A stretch of DNA of 64,000 nt from an uncultured bacterium (GTDB taxonomy: Bacteria; Hydrothermota; UBA3073; NMUJ01; CBEVQO01): contig CBEVQO010000005.1 in the NCBI GenBank assembly GCA_965552055.1, positions 13,373 to 77,372 of the forward strand. The letters run 5' to 3'. A model generated the notes under the pieces. That model saw only the letters and a program-made list of their open reading frames with translations, was not told where the DNA came from and made no database searches. Each line of letters begins with the position of its first letter. Positions within the stretch are counted from its first letter, which is position 1. A program made the translations under genes and the position numbers. Shown in pieces: positions 8,781 to 17,054 of this stretch.

Positions 8781-10499
8781 TTAAGATGGGAATGTAATTA
8801 TGAATTCTGTTCCTTCACCTACTTTGCTTTTTACATCTATTTTTCCATTATGTAAAAGCACAACATGTTTTACAATAGAAAGACCAAGTCCTGTTCCACC
8901 AAGTTTCTTGGAGCGAGATTTATCAACAACATAAAATCTTTCAAATATTCGGGGAAGATGCTCATCAGGAATGCCAATCCCTGTATCCCTTACGCTCACA
9001 ATTACTTTTTTATCCACTCTCTTTAAGGAAACAGTCACTTCTCCTTTCTCTGTGTATTTAATAGCATTATCTATTAAATTGATAAACAGTTGCTCCAATT
9101 TAAAAGGGTCTCCCTTTATTACAGGTTCGCCTTCACATATCAAATTCAATTTTAGCCCCTTTTCTTTTGCTTTTTGTTCAAATATTTTAAATACATTTTC
9201 TACTATGCACCTTAAATTTGCATTTTCCTTTATTTGGGTTAATCCTTTTTCTTCAAGTTCCGATAAGAGAAGCAAATCGTTAACAATATTTATAAGCCGT
9301 TCTGTATGCCGTTTTATAACCTCTAAATAATGTTTAGCATTACCTTCTATTTCTTCCTCTAAAGTTTCAATATACCCTTTTATAGCTGTAAGAGGCGTTC
9401 TTAACTCATGAGAAACATTTATCACAAAATCTTTCTTTATCCTTTCAAGTTTTTTAAATTCGGTAATATCATGCAAAACAATTATCAGCTCTTCCTTAGA
9501 AGGTATAATGACAAAACTCGCTAAAAATACTTTTCCATTCAATTCTATCTCTTCAGAAGATATTCTTTTTTCTCTCTTTACCTTCTCTATCAATTCTGCT
9601 ATCTTTGGATTTCTTAAAATTTCCCACCAGAATTTTCCTTCGGGATTTGTCTGGACAACTTTTTTGAAAGATTCATTAAAAAGAATGATTTTTCCTTCTT
9701 TATCCAGAACTAAAAGCCCTTCTTCAAGAAAAGAGATGATGCTATTTAATTCCTCTTGCTTCAATGATAAATCATTAAACAGACGCTTTAATTCTTCTGA
9801 CATTCTGTTGAAACTGCGAGCTAATTCTCCTATCTCATCTTCCCTTCTAAACATTACCTTCGTAGAAAAATCACCACCAGACAATTTTTTAAATGCCAAG
9901 GCAAGTTCTTTTAAAGGATGAGAAATATTTCTTGAAAAAAGGAAAGCTCCTATTAAAGATAGAAGTGTCACAAAAATTACAATCGCAAAAATTTTAAGCC
10001 TGAGGTTATTGAGCAATTTATTTATGTCCTTTAAAAATAAACTTACTCTTAAGATGCCCACGAAGTTTCCTTTTGACTTAACAGGTATCGCGACATATAG
10101 CATCTCTTCTTTCACTGTGGTGCTGAATCTTAAAGATTTACCGAAGCCTTTCTCTCTGGCTTGCTTGACCTCAGGTCTGTTGCTGTGGTTCTCCATTTGT
10201 CGAGGGTCTTTCTCTGAATCTGCCCAAACTTCACCAGAAGGTGCAATAACTGTGATCCTTGTCTTTATTTTTTTACCTACATTTTTAACAAGAGAATCTA
10301 AACCATTGTAATCTTTCCTCTCTATAAAAGGTAAAACTTGAGGTTTAAGTGCGTAAGCTAAATTTTTAAGTTCTAAAGACAGGGTGTTTATGTAATGATG
10401 CCTTATCGTTTTAAAAGAAAAAACGAACACAAGGATTGAAATCAAAAAAATGATTAAACAGAAGCAATAAAAGATTTTAAAGAATATGGATTTTTTCAT
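8781..10499 (-). CDS. Sensor histidine kinase, PhoR-like (periplasmic sensor, HAMP, PAS, HisKA, HATPase)
   Basis: Two TM segments flank a ~150-aa extracytoplasmic domain. H-box HELRTPL, N-box NLIDNAIKYT, G-boxes DTGIGIP and GGTGLGLSIVK. 4-nt overlap with the upstream response regulator. Confidence 0.8.
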   Translation of the reverse strand: MKKSIFFKIFYCFCLIIFLISILVFVFSFKTIRHHYINTLSLELKNLAYALKPQVLPFIERKDYNGLDSLVKNVGKKIKTRITVIAPSGEVWADSEKDPRQMENHSNRPEVKQAREKGFGKSLRFSTTVKEEMLYVAIPVKSKGNFVGILRVSLFLKDINKLLNNLRLKIFAIVIFVTLLSLIGAFLFSRNISHPLKELALAFKKLSGGDFSTKVMFRREDEIGELARSFNRMSEELKRLFNDLSLKQEELNSIISFLEEGLLVLDKEGKIILFNESFKKVVQTNPEGKFWWEILRNPKIAELIEKVKREKRISSEEIELNGKVFLASFVIIPSKEELIIVLHDITEFKKLERIKKDFVINVSHELRTPLTAIKGYIETLEEEIEGNAKHYLEVIKRHTERLINIVNDLLLLSELEEKGLTQIKENANLRCIVENVFKIFEQKAKEKGLKLNLICEGEPVIKGDPFKLEQLFINLIDNAIKYTEKGEVTVSLKRVDKKVIVSVRDTGIGIPDEHLPRIFERFYVVDKSRSKKLGGTGLGLSIVKHVVLLHNGKIDVKSKVGEGTEFIITFPS

Positions 10500-11176
10500 T
10501 CTTCTATTTTGTAGCCTATTCCTCTTACGCTTTTTATAAATTTCTTGGCTTTGCCTAATTTTTCTCTTAAATTCTTAATATGGACATCTACTGTCCTATC
10601 CAGAACAACTTTATCAATTCCCCATAATTTATCCAGAATCTGGTCCCTTGTAAATACCCAGCCTTTTCTTTCTGCCAGTATTTTTAGAATCCTGAATTCC
10701 GTTGGAGTTAAGTCCACTTTTTTATTTTCAACAAAGACTTCATATTTATTGAGGTCTATTACGAGGATATCACCTATTTTAATCTTTTTGCAGGTATCAT
10801 GCGGTGCTTTCCTTCTTAAGACTGCTTTTACTCTGGCAACTAACTCCCTTGGTGAGAAGGGCTTTGTCACATAATCATCTGCTCCCAGTTCCAGACCCAA
10901 AACTTTATCTGCTTCGGTAGTGCGTGCGGTAAGCATAATGATAGGAATAGATTTAAATTCATCTTTTGATTTTAGATACTTACAAACCTCAAAGCCATCC
11001 ATATCAGGAAGCATGAGATCCAAAATTATAAGGTCAGGTATCTGTGAGGATAAAAATTCGAAGAAATCTTCAGCATTCTGAAAGCATTTAACTTTAAAAC
11101 CATGCTTAGTGAGATGTAAAGATACAAGCTCTAAAATATCAGGCTCATCATCTATCACAGCTATTAATTCATTCAT
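10496..11176 (-). CDS. OmpR/PhoB-family response regulator (PhoB-like)
   Basis: Receiver domain (DDEPDIL, LDLMLPDMDGFEV, conserved Lys in YVTKPF) plus winged-helix output (LTPTEFRILKILAERKGWVFTRDQI). First gene of the phosphate cluster. Confidence 0.85.
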   Translation of the reverse strand: MNELIAVIDDEPDILELVSLHLTKHGFKVKCFQNAEDFFEFLSSQIPDLIILDLMLPDMDGFEVCKYLKSKDEFKSIPIIMLTARTTEADKVLGLELGADDYVTKPFSPRELVARVKAVLRRKAPHDTCKKIKIGDILVIDLNKYEVFVENKKVDLTPTEFRILKILAERKGWVFTRDQILDKLWGIDKVVLDRTVDVHIKNLREKLGKAKKFIKSVRGIGYKIEE

Positions 11177-11188
11177 CGCATTTCTCTA

Positions 11189-11215
11189 AACTTATTCAAT
11201 ATACAGGTATGTCAA
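11189..11215 (-). promoter_or_regulatory. sigma70-like promoter (TTGACA-N15-TAAGTT) for the Pho cluster; near-leaderless
   Basis: Minus-strand TTGACA 11215-11210 and TAAGTT 11194-11189. The ATG at 11176 lies about 12 nt after the -10 with no SD. Block is near-identical to 2372-2416. Confidence 0.45.
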
Positions 11216-11217
11216 CA

Positions 11218-11296
11218 ATTTTTAGCCCACCTCCCTATCCCCACCTCCCTATCCCCACCCCACAACCCATTGGTAATTAGCTCGCTTACGCTCGCA
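11218..11296 (-). repeat. Intergenic GC/G-tract-rich repeat, copy 2 (internal 14-bp tandem duplication)
   Basis: atttttagcccacctccctatccccacctccctatccccaccccacaacccattggtaattagctcgcttacgctcgca. Tandem 14-mer acctccctatcccc at 11229-11242 and 11243-11256. Lacks the hairpin block seen in copies 1 and 4. Confidence 0.5.
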
Positions 11297-11303
11297 TTTT
11301 TAC

Positions 11304-11331
11304 TTGACATCCTTAAAGATAAAATTATAAT
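11304..11331 (+). promoter_or_regulatory. sigma70-like promoter (TTGACA-N16-TATAAT) for the restriction-modification operon
   Basis: TTGACA 11304-11309 and TATAAT 11326-11331. The ATG at 11340 lies about 8 nt after the -10, so the AGGAG directly abutting the ATG is probably not a functional SD and the mRNA is likely leaderless. Confidence 0.5.
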
Positions 11332-11339
11332 TAAAGGAG

Positions 11340-12041
11340 ATGAATCTAAAGGAAGTTCAAAATAGACTTCAAGAAATTAAAAATAAAGGATTTGTGCCAT
11401 CTTTAAGAAGAGGAACAACAGGAATTGGATACACCTTTGAGATACTTTTTGGAATAAAGGAAAACAATATCCCAATCCCAGACATCGGCGGAAGAGTTGA
11501 AATTAAAACAATAAGAAGAGATTCGCAATCTTTAATAACATTATTTACTTTTAATAGAGGCGTCTGGCATATAAAGCAAAAAGAACTAATCAAAAAATAT
11601 GGATATGTTGATAAAAAGGGTAGATATGCATTAAAAAATACGGTTTTTTATGGCAAATCCATTCCACAAGGAATATCATTAGAAGTAGATGAAGATAAAA
11701 ACACTATTCATTTAGTTGATACGAATACAAAGAAAGTCCTTGCAACATGGGATGTTTATGTCATTGTCGGTATATTTATGACAAAATTGAGCAAATTATT
11801 ACTCGTAATAGCTGATAGAAAGAAAGAGAAAGGTAAAGAATATTTTCACTACAATGAAGCTTACCTTTTGACAGATCCCAGTGCTCGAAATTTTATAAAA
11901 GCATTTAAAAATTCCCTAATAGGCATTGATATTAGAATGCATCTAAAAGAAAGCGGAGAAGTTAGAAATAGAGGAACTGCATTCCGTATAAAAGAAAAGG
12001 ATTTATTAGAACTTTATGAAAATCGCAAGAAACTTATTTAA
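11340..12041 (+). CDS. Putative type II restriction endonuclease, MutH/MvaI/BcnI-like PD-ExK fold
   Basis: 233 aa with a candidate PD...ExK active site (IPIPDIGGRVEIKT) in a MutH-like arrangement. Stop is 2 nt before the SPPY methyltransferase gene. Confidence 0.5.
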   Translation: MNLKEVQNRLQEIKNKGFVPSLRRGTTGIGYTFEILFGIKENNIPIPDIGGRVEIKTIRRDSQSLITLFTFNRGVWHIKQKELIKKYGYVDKKGRYALKNTVFYGKSIPQGISLEVDEDKNTIHLVDTNTKKVLATWDVYVIVGIFMTKLSKLLLVIADRKKEKGKEYFHYNEAYLLTDPSARNFIKAFKNSLIGIDIRMHLKESGEVRNRGTAFRIKEKDLLELYENRKKLI

Positions 12042-12043
12042 AA

Positions 12044-13312
12044 ATGCCTGCAATTATGCATAGATTTAAAAAATATAGAGACAAAACATGGGATTTTCGT
12101 ATGGCGAATACAAAGCAATATACTCATTGTTTTCATTCTTATCCTGCAATGATGATACCGCAAGTCGCAGGACGCATTTTGGATGAATTTGGAAAAAATT
12201 CTAAACTTTTATTCGATCCATATTGCGGTACAGGAACTTCTTTAGTAGAAGCAAATTTAAGAGGCATAAATGCTATCGGCACAGACATTAACCCATTGGC
12301 TAGATTAATAGCTAAAGTTAAAACAACCATTATTCCTTTAAAATCTTTGGATTTATATATAAAAGATTTCAACGATTTTGTTCTTTCAATACGATTAGGA
12401 GGGAGAAAAGTTTCTCCTAAAATTCCTAATTTTAAAAATATCGATTATTGGTTCAAAAAAGAAACACAATATTGGCTCGCTGTCATTAAAGAATATATTG
12501 AAAAAATTGATAACGAAGATATTAGGGACTTCTTTAAAGTAGCATTTAGTGAAACAGTAAGAGAAGTATCGTTGACCCGAAATAGTGAATTTAAACTATA
12601 TAGAATGAGTGAAAAGCAAATAGAGAAATTTAATCCCGATGTTTTCTTTATAATGATGGAGAAATTAATAAGAAATAGAAATGGAATGGCAGAATATATC
12701 AAAATAAAAAAGAACAAAGCATCTTCTAAAATCTACGATTTTAACACAGTCTATGAGATTCCATTCGATATAATTCCACCAGAAAGTATAGATATCGTGG
12801 TAACTTCTCCACCATATGGTGATTCTAGAACCACAGTAGCATATGGACAATTTTCTCGACTCGCTAACCAATGGTTGGAATTTGAAGAAACTAACGAAGT
12901 AGATAAAAAGTCAATAGGTGGAGTAAGAAAGAAAGAATATAGAAATTTTAATGTTGAAGTGTTAGACAAAGTGCTATTTAAAATTGCACGAATAGATGAA
13001 AAAAGATTATATGATGTGATTTCATTTTACATAGACTATGAAAAATCCATAAATAATGTTGCTAAAGTTGTTAAAAAGGGCGGTATTGTAGCGTATGTAG
13101 TGGGTAATCGCAAGGTAAAGGGCATAGAAATTCCAAATGATGAAATAACCAAAGAATTTTTTGAAAGAAATGGCTTTAAGCATATTAAAACCATAATAAG
13201 AGAAATTCCAAATAAAAGGATGCCTAAAAGAAATAGTCCGAGCAATATAGCAGGAATAACGGATACAACTATGAATTACGAATACATTGTTATCTTGAGA
13301 AAAGAAAAATAA
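12044..13312 (+). CDS. DNA methyltransferase with SPPY motif IV (N4-cytosine/N6-adenine class, alpha-like order)
   Basis: AdoMet motif I FDPYCGTGTSLVEA near the N-terminus and motif IV VVTSPPYGD near residue 255, with the intervening region as presumptive target-recognition domain. Confidence 0.75.
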   Translation: MPAIMHRFKKYRDKTWDFRMANTKQYTHCFHSYPAMMIPQVAGRILDEFGKNSKLLFDPYCGTGTSLVEANLRGINAIGTDINPLARLIAKVKTTIIPLKSLDLYIKDFNDFVLSIRLGGRKVSPKIPNFKNIDYWFKKETQYWLAVIKEYIEKIDNEDIRDFFKVAFSETVREVSLTRNSEFKLYRMSEKQIEKFNPDVFFIMMEKLIRNRNGMAEYIKIKKNKASSKIYDFNTVYEIPFDIIPPESIDIVVTSPPYGDSRTTVAYGQFSRLANQWLEFEETNEVDKKSIGGVRKKEYRNFNVEVLDKVLFKIARIDEKRLYDVISFYIDYEKSINNVAKVVKKGGIVAYVVGNRKVKGIEIPNDEITKEFFERNGFKHIKTIIREIPNKRMPKRNSPSNIAGITDTTMNYEYIVILRKEK

Positions 13313-13318
13313 TTCTTT

Positions 13319-15679
13319 TCACTCATGCTCCTCAAAGCCTTTGAGTAATTCTGCCATTTCTCTCAGTTTCTGGTCAACGAGGTAATTTACGGTATCAGGT
13401 TCATAAGTGCCATCGGGCAAAAGTTTTCCCGCTTTTACACCCGTTAGCAATTCAATGCCTTCATCAATGGTTTTTATCGCATAAATATGAAATTTGCCAT
13501 CTTCAACTGCTTTAACAACTTCTTTATTCAACATTAGATTTTTGATATTCTGATAGGGTATAATCACTCCCTGTGTGCCAGTAAGCCCTTTTGCCTTGCA
13601 TACTCTGAAAAAGCCCTCGATTTTTTCGTTAACACCTCCTATTGGCTGTATCTCACCCCATTGATTCACAGAACCTGTAACAGCGAGGTCCTGACGGATA
13701 GGCAGTCCAGATAGGCACGATAAAAGTGCGTAAAGCTCCGTGCTCGAAGCACTATCACCTTCTATTTCTTCATACATCTGCTCAAAGCATATACTCGCAG
13801 AAAGAGAAAGCGGTTTATTATGTGCATATTTGCCAGCAAGATAAGCACTCAAAATCAAAACTCCTTTGCTGTGAATAGGACCACTCATTTCAATTTCACG
13901 CTCAATGTTTAAAATGCCCTTCTTACCCATATAAACCCTGGCAGTAACACGAACAGGATAGCCAAAAGAATAATCACCGAGCTCAACAACAGTCAAACCA
14001 TTCACCTGACCTACTTTTTTGCCTTCAACATCTATAAGTAATCTGCCTCTTTTTATTTCTTCGTGTATTTTTTCTTCTATCAAATTTACCCTGTAGCGCT
14101 TTTTCTCAAGTGCCTTTTCAACATGCTCTGCCGTCACATATTTACTGCCATCCTGTTCTGCCCAGAAACTCGCTTCAGTTATCACATCAACAACTTCTAT
14201 AAATTTTGTGGATAATTTATCCTGGTCTCCCGTTAACTCCGAGCCATATTCAAGTATGCGTGCTACACCAGATGGGTCAAAATGCTTCAAATTTTTATCC
14301 CTGCATTGTTTCGCAATAAACGAAATATAAGCATCAATATGCTCCTTTGTTCTCGGCATCTCTGTATCAAAATCCGCTTTCACTTTAAACAATTTTCTGA
14401 AATCTTCATCAAATTCATGTAAAAGATGATAAAGCAAAGGTGTACCAATCAAAATAACTTTAACATTATGAGGGATGGGTTCTGGACGCAATGTAACAAC
14501 AGGTGTCTGACGCAATTCCTCACCTATATTCTCAATCCTCAACTCCTTTGTCCTTATCGCACGCTTTAAGGCATCCCATACAAATGGATTTAAAAGGGCT
14601 TCTTTCGCCGGTATTATCAAAAAGCCACCATTAGCCCTGTGAAAAGCTCCGGGTTTTATCAAAGTAAAATGAGTTACGAGATTGCCATCAACACTTTTAT
14701 ACTCAATTCTCCCAAAAAGATTATAATATGTCGGATTTGGTTCAAAAACAAGGGGTGCATGAGATAAATGTGAATTATCAACAAAAACATTAACTTTTAA
14801 GTTAAAAAGAAAATCAGGCTCCTCTTCTCCTGAAAGTGATTTTATCTTTTCAGTAAATTGTGCAAGGTATTCTTTGACACCATCAAAATATTCTTTCAAT
14901 TTCTTATATTTCTGATATTTCGCTTTAAGTTGTTTCACATATCTTCCGACCACATTTTTTACAATCCATTCATCGAGCTGTTTTATTTCTTCTCTCATTA
15001 CATCGTCAATTTCATGTAGCTTATGGAAGGTTTCGTCGAGTTTTTCCTTTATATATGCTCCTGCTTTTTCAATTTTTTCTTTTTCCTTTTTCGGAAGGGC
15101 TTCGAGTTCTTCAAGTGTATATTGTGTGCCATCTTCTTTCAGTGGCACTGCAAAAAGACCTGCAGGACGCCTTAAAACTTCAAAATTATATTTGCGGGCT
15201 TCTTTTTGTAATGATTCTAAAATTTCGGATTTCTTAGCTTCATATTTCTCTTTTATCGTATTGACTTCACGAAAATACTCATCGGATTTGAAAAAATGAG
15301 GCAATTTCTTTTTGCATGCGATTATTAATTTCTCCATATCTTCTGCAAGTTCTTTCCCTTTGCCTTTATCAAGTTCAACAAAAATAGGTTCTTCTGGCTT
15401 TTTAAAATTAAAAAGATAACAATAATCCTTTGGCGGTGGTAATTTTTTTGCGTATTCTTCTACAAATGCACGAACAGTGGAAGTCCTGCCGGTGCCAGGC
15501 AATCCCGATACAAATATGTTAAAGCCATCGGCTTTGGTCTGCAGACCAAATTTTATAGCTTCTACTGCACGCTCCTGACCAATGGTGCCGGTAAGTGGTT
15601 TGACTTCTTCAGTACTCTTAAATTTAAATTGCGAAATATCATATTTTAATCTAAGTTTATCAGCACTTAATTTTTCCAT
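13319..15679 (-). CDS. Lon-like protease (LonB/LonC-type) with degenerate P-loop
   Basis: P-loop-like GLPGTGRTS (Arg in place of the Walker A Lys) and no clear hhhhDE Walker B. C-terminal Lon protease domain with EGDSASST (Ser) and FFRVCKAKG (Lys). ORF track starts at TTG 15751, but the first 24 codons are the intergenic repeat; the likely start is ATG 15677-15679 (MEKLSADK...). Confidence 0.7.
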   Translation of the reverse strand: MEKLSADKLRLKYDISQFKFKSTEEVKPLTGTIGQERAVEAIKFGLQTKADGFNIFVSGLPGTGRTSTVRAFVEEYAKKLPPPKDYCYLFNFKKPEEPIFVELDKGKGKELAEDMEKLIIACKKKLPHFFKSDEYFREVNTIKEKYEAKKSEILESLQKEARKYNFEVLRRPAGLFAVPLKEDGTQYTLEELEALPKKEKEKIEKAGAYIKEKLDETFHKLHEIDDVMREEIKQLDEWIVKNVVGRYVKQLKAKYQKYKKLKEYFDGVKEYLAQFTEKIKSLSGEEEPDFLFNLKVNVFVDNSHLSHAPLVFEPNPTYYNLFGRIEYKSVDGNLVTHFTLIKPGAFHRANGGFLIIPAKEALLNPFVWDALKRAIRTKELRIENIGEELRQTPVVTLRPEPIPHNVKVILIGTPLLYHLLHEFDEDFRKLFKVKADFDTEMPRTKEHIDAYISFIAKQCRDKNLKHFDPSGVARILEYGSELTGDQDKLSTKFIEVVDVITEASFWAEQDGSKYVTAEHVEKALEKKRYRVNLIEEKIHEEIKRGRLLIDVEGKKVGQVNGLTVVELGDYSFGYPVRVTARVYMGKKGILNIEREIEMSGPIHSKGVLILSAYLAGKYAHNKPLSLSASICFEQMYEEIEGDSASSTELYALLSCLSGLPIRQDLAVTGSVNQWGEIQPIGGVNEKIEGFFRVCKAKGLTGTQGVIIPYQNIKNLMLNKEVVKAVEDGKFHIYAIKTIDEGIELLTGVKAGKLLPDGTYEPDTVNYLVDQKLREMAELLKGFEEHE

Positions 15680-15846
15680 TTTTAGCCCCGCCTCCGCTGT
15701 CCCCACCTTCCCGATTAAGTCAGCCCACTCCTTACCCTTCTTTAAACGCAATCAGAAGATAAAGCGTAAACAACCCGAATAACCCACATCCCCGTAATGG
15801 GCTGACATATCAACCCTTATGTAATGTGCTCGGCTGCGCCGAGCAA
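15680..15846 (-). repeat. Intergenic GC/G-tract-rich repeat, copy 3 (divergent middle, perfect 7-bp palindrome)
   Basis: tttttagccccgcctccgctgtccccacc ... caacccttatgtaatgtgctcggctgcgccgagca. Shares 5' and 3' blocks with copies 1, 2 and 4; the middle carries inverted repeat GTCAGCCCA/TGGGCTGAC. Abuts the Lon-like start codon directly (GGGGCTAAAAATG). Confidence 0.45.
15828..15844 (-). terminator. Hairpin GCTCGGC-tgc-GCCGAGC just downstream of the membrane-protein gene stop
   Basis: Perfect 7-bp stem, 3-nt loop, 4 nt after the stop at 15849. Only a weak U-rich tail follows, so terminator function is uncertain; it is also the conserved 3' block of the repeat. Confidence 0.3.
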
Positions 15847-15848
15847 TA

Positions 15849-17042
15849 TTACTCTTTCTTCTCTTCCTCTTTCTTCTCCTCTTTCTTTTCTTCTTCCTTC
15901 TTTTCCTCTTCCTCTATCGGCAATTCTTCTTCGGGCTTCTCTTCAAGCAGGTCTTTTTCATCTTTAATCTTAACAAGGACAACATAAAAGAGAGTTTGAC
16001 CGGCACTCCATGTTGCTAAACCATATCCCGCTACAAACATGCCAATGAAGTGGAAGGATAAACCAGCGAGAAAGCCACCAATCCAGTCAGCCCAGGTAAG
16101 AGGCTTCATCCACTCAACGCCCCACAGCAATACAGGAAGATGGAACACTTTTGCACAAAGTATCTCAGCCCATGGTACTCTCGGACAGCGCGGCAGATAC
16201 CACAAACCATTATTCCACATCACTTCCCACCATCTATAAGCACCGAGCTCCGTATATCTCGTGCCAGACCATAAGTTGAGTGCCCAGTGCATCAAAATGA
16301 GTGCCTTCTTAACCAGCCAGCCAAGAATATACACACCTGCAAACGCTGCAAATGCTATGAAAATCTGCCACAGAACTGTACGCCATGTCTGGTCATTCAA
16401 CACACTGAATACCTCAAAAAGAGTATCAAATGCATCGCTCTCCGTAGTAGCAGTAACAGCAGGAGATACTATAAGCGATAAAAACCATACTATCGCAAGG
16501 TAAACAACAAATAGCGCTCCAAATGCTATCGGGATAAAGAGCAAACCCGTTATTATCTGTCCAGCATAGGGAATCCTTCCAACGAGTCCACAGAGAAAAC
16601 CAACAAGAATCAGGAAGCCAATGAGAAATGTAAGCACAAGAGGAGCACCTATCGTGCCTTTCCACTGCTTCATCGCAAATCTTATAGCCTCTGTTACTTC
16701 GTAAAATTCATTGCCCTTTAACTGCTCAAAGGTCATCTTGCTGATAGCACAAACCGTAGTAAGCAGTATGAATACTCCAGCCGATACCCCTATAACCCAT
16801 ATCACCCAGCTCCATGGTCGAAGATGAGTGCCAACTCCCTTTACAGGTATTATCACCCACGGAATATACCTGAACTCACGCCAGACCTCTTTCCATGTCC
16901 AGCCCGAGGTAACATACGCTACATAGGCCAGTATAGAGTACACAACCGTCGCACTCAGTATCCCCAGGAACGCGATCCAGATTTTTTTAGCAGAGAACCC
17001 AAGACGAGGCGCCCTGACTACATCTGCAAAACCCCACTTCAT
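15849..17042 (-). CDS. Trp-rich polytopic membrane protein with acidic/basic (EEKK)n C-terminal tail
   Basis: Multiple hydrophobic helices; 26 Trp in 397 aa; tail ...EEKKEEEKKEEKKEEEKKE. Begins 12 nt after the trpS stop, so probably co-transcribed. Confidence 0.5.
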   Translation of the reverse strand: MKWGFADVVRAPRLGFSAKKIWIAFLGILSATVVYSILAYVAYVTSGWTWKEVWREFRYIPWVIIPVKGVGTHLRPWSWVIWVIGVSAGVFILLTTVCAISKMTFEQLKGNEFYEVTEAIRFAMKQWKGTIGAPLVLTFLIGFLILVGFLCGLVGRIPYAGQIITGLLFIPIAFGALFVVYLAIVWFLSLIVSPAVTATTESDAFDTLFEVFSVLNDQTWRTVLWQIFIAFAAFAGVYILGWLVKKALILMHWALNLWSGTRYTELGAYRWWEVMWNNGLWYLPRCPRVPWAEILCAKVFHLPVLLWGVEWMKPLTWADWIGGFLAGLSFHFIGMFVAGYGLATWSAGQTLFYVVLVKIKDEKDLLEEKPEEELPIEEEEKKEEEKKEEKKEEEKKE

Positions 17043-17054
17043 AATACCTCCTTT

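Noticed and set aside
11229-11256. Possible CRISPR array suggested by the direct 14-bp repeats
   Set aside because: Only two units, directly adjacent with no spacers, far shorter than CRISPR repeats, and no cas genes in the window. It is part of the intergenic repeat family.
13319-15751. N-terminal 24 residues of the ORF-track Lon-like protein (MRLKKGKEWADLIGKVGTAEAGLK)
   Set aside because: This segment is the translation of the intergenic GC-rich repeat. The conserved protein begins at the internal ATG (15677-15679), which is directly preceded by the repeat's GGGGCTAAAAA block.
15828-15844. Strong intrinsic terminator call for the hairpin GCTCGGC-tgc-GCCGAGC
   Set aside because: The stem is perfect, but the downstream tract on the transcribed strand (ACAUUACAUAAGGG) is not a U-run, and the same sequence block is conserved without palindromic character in the other repeat copies. 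Kept only as a low-confidence feature.
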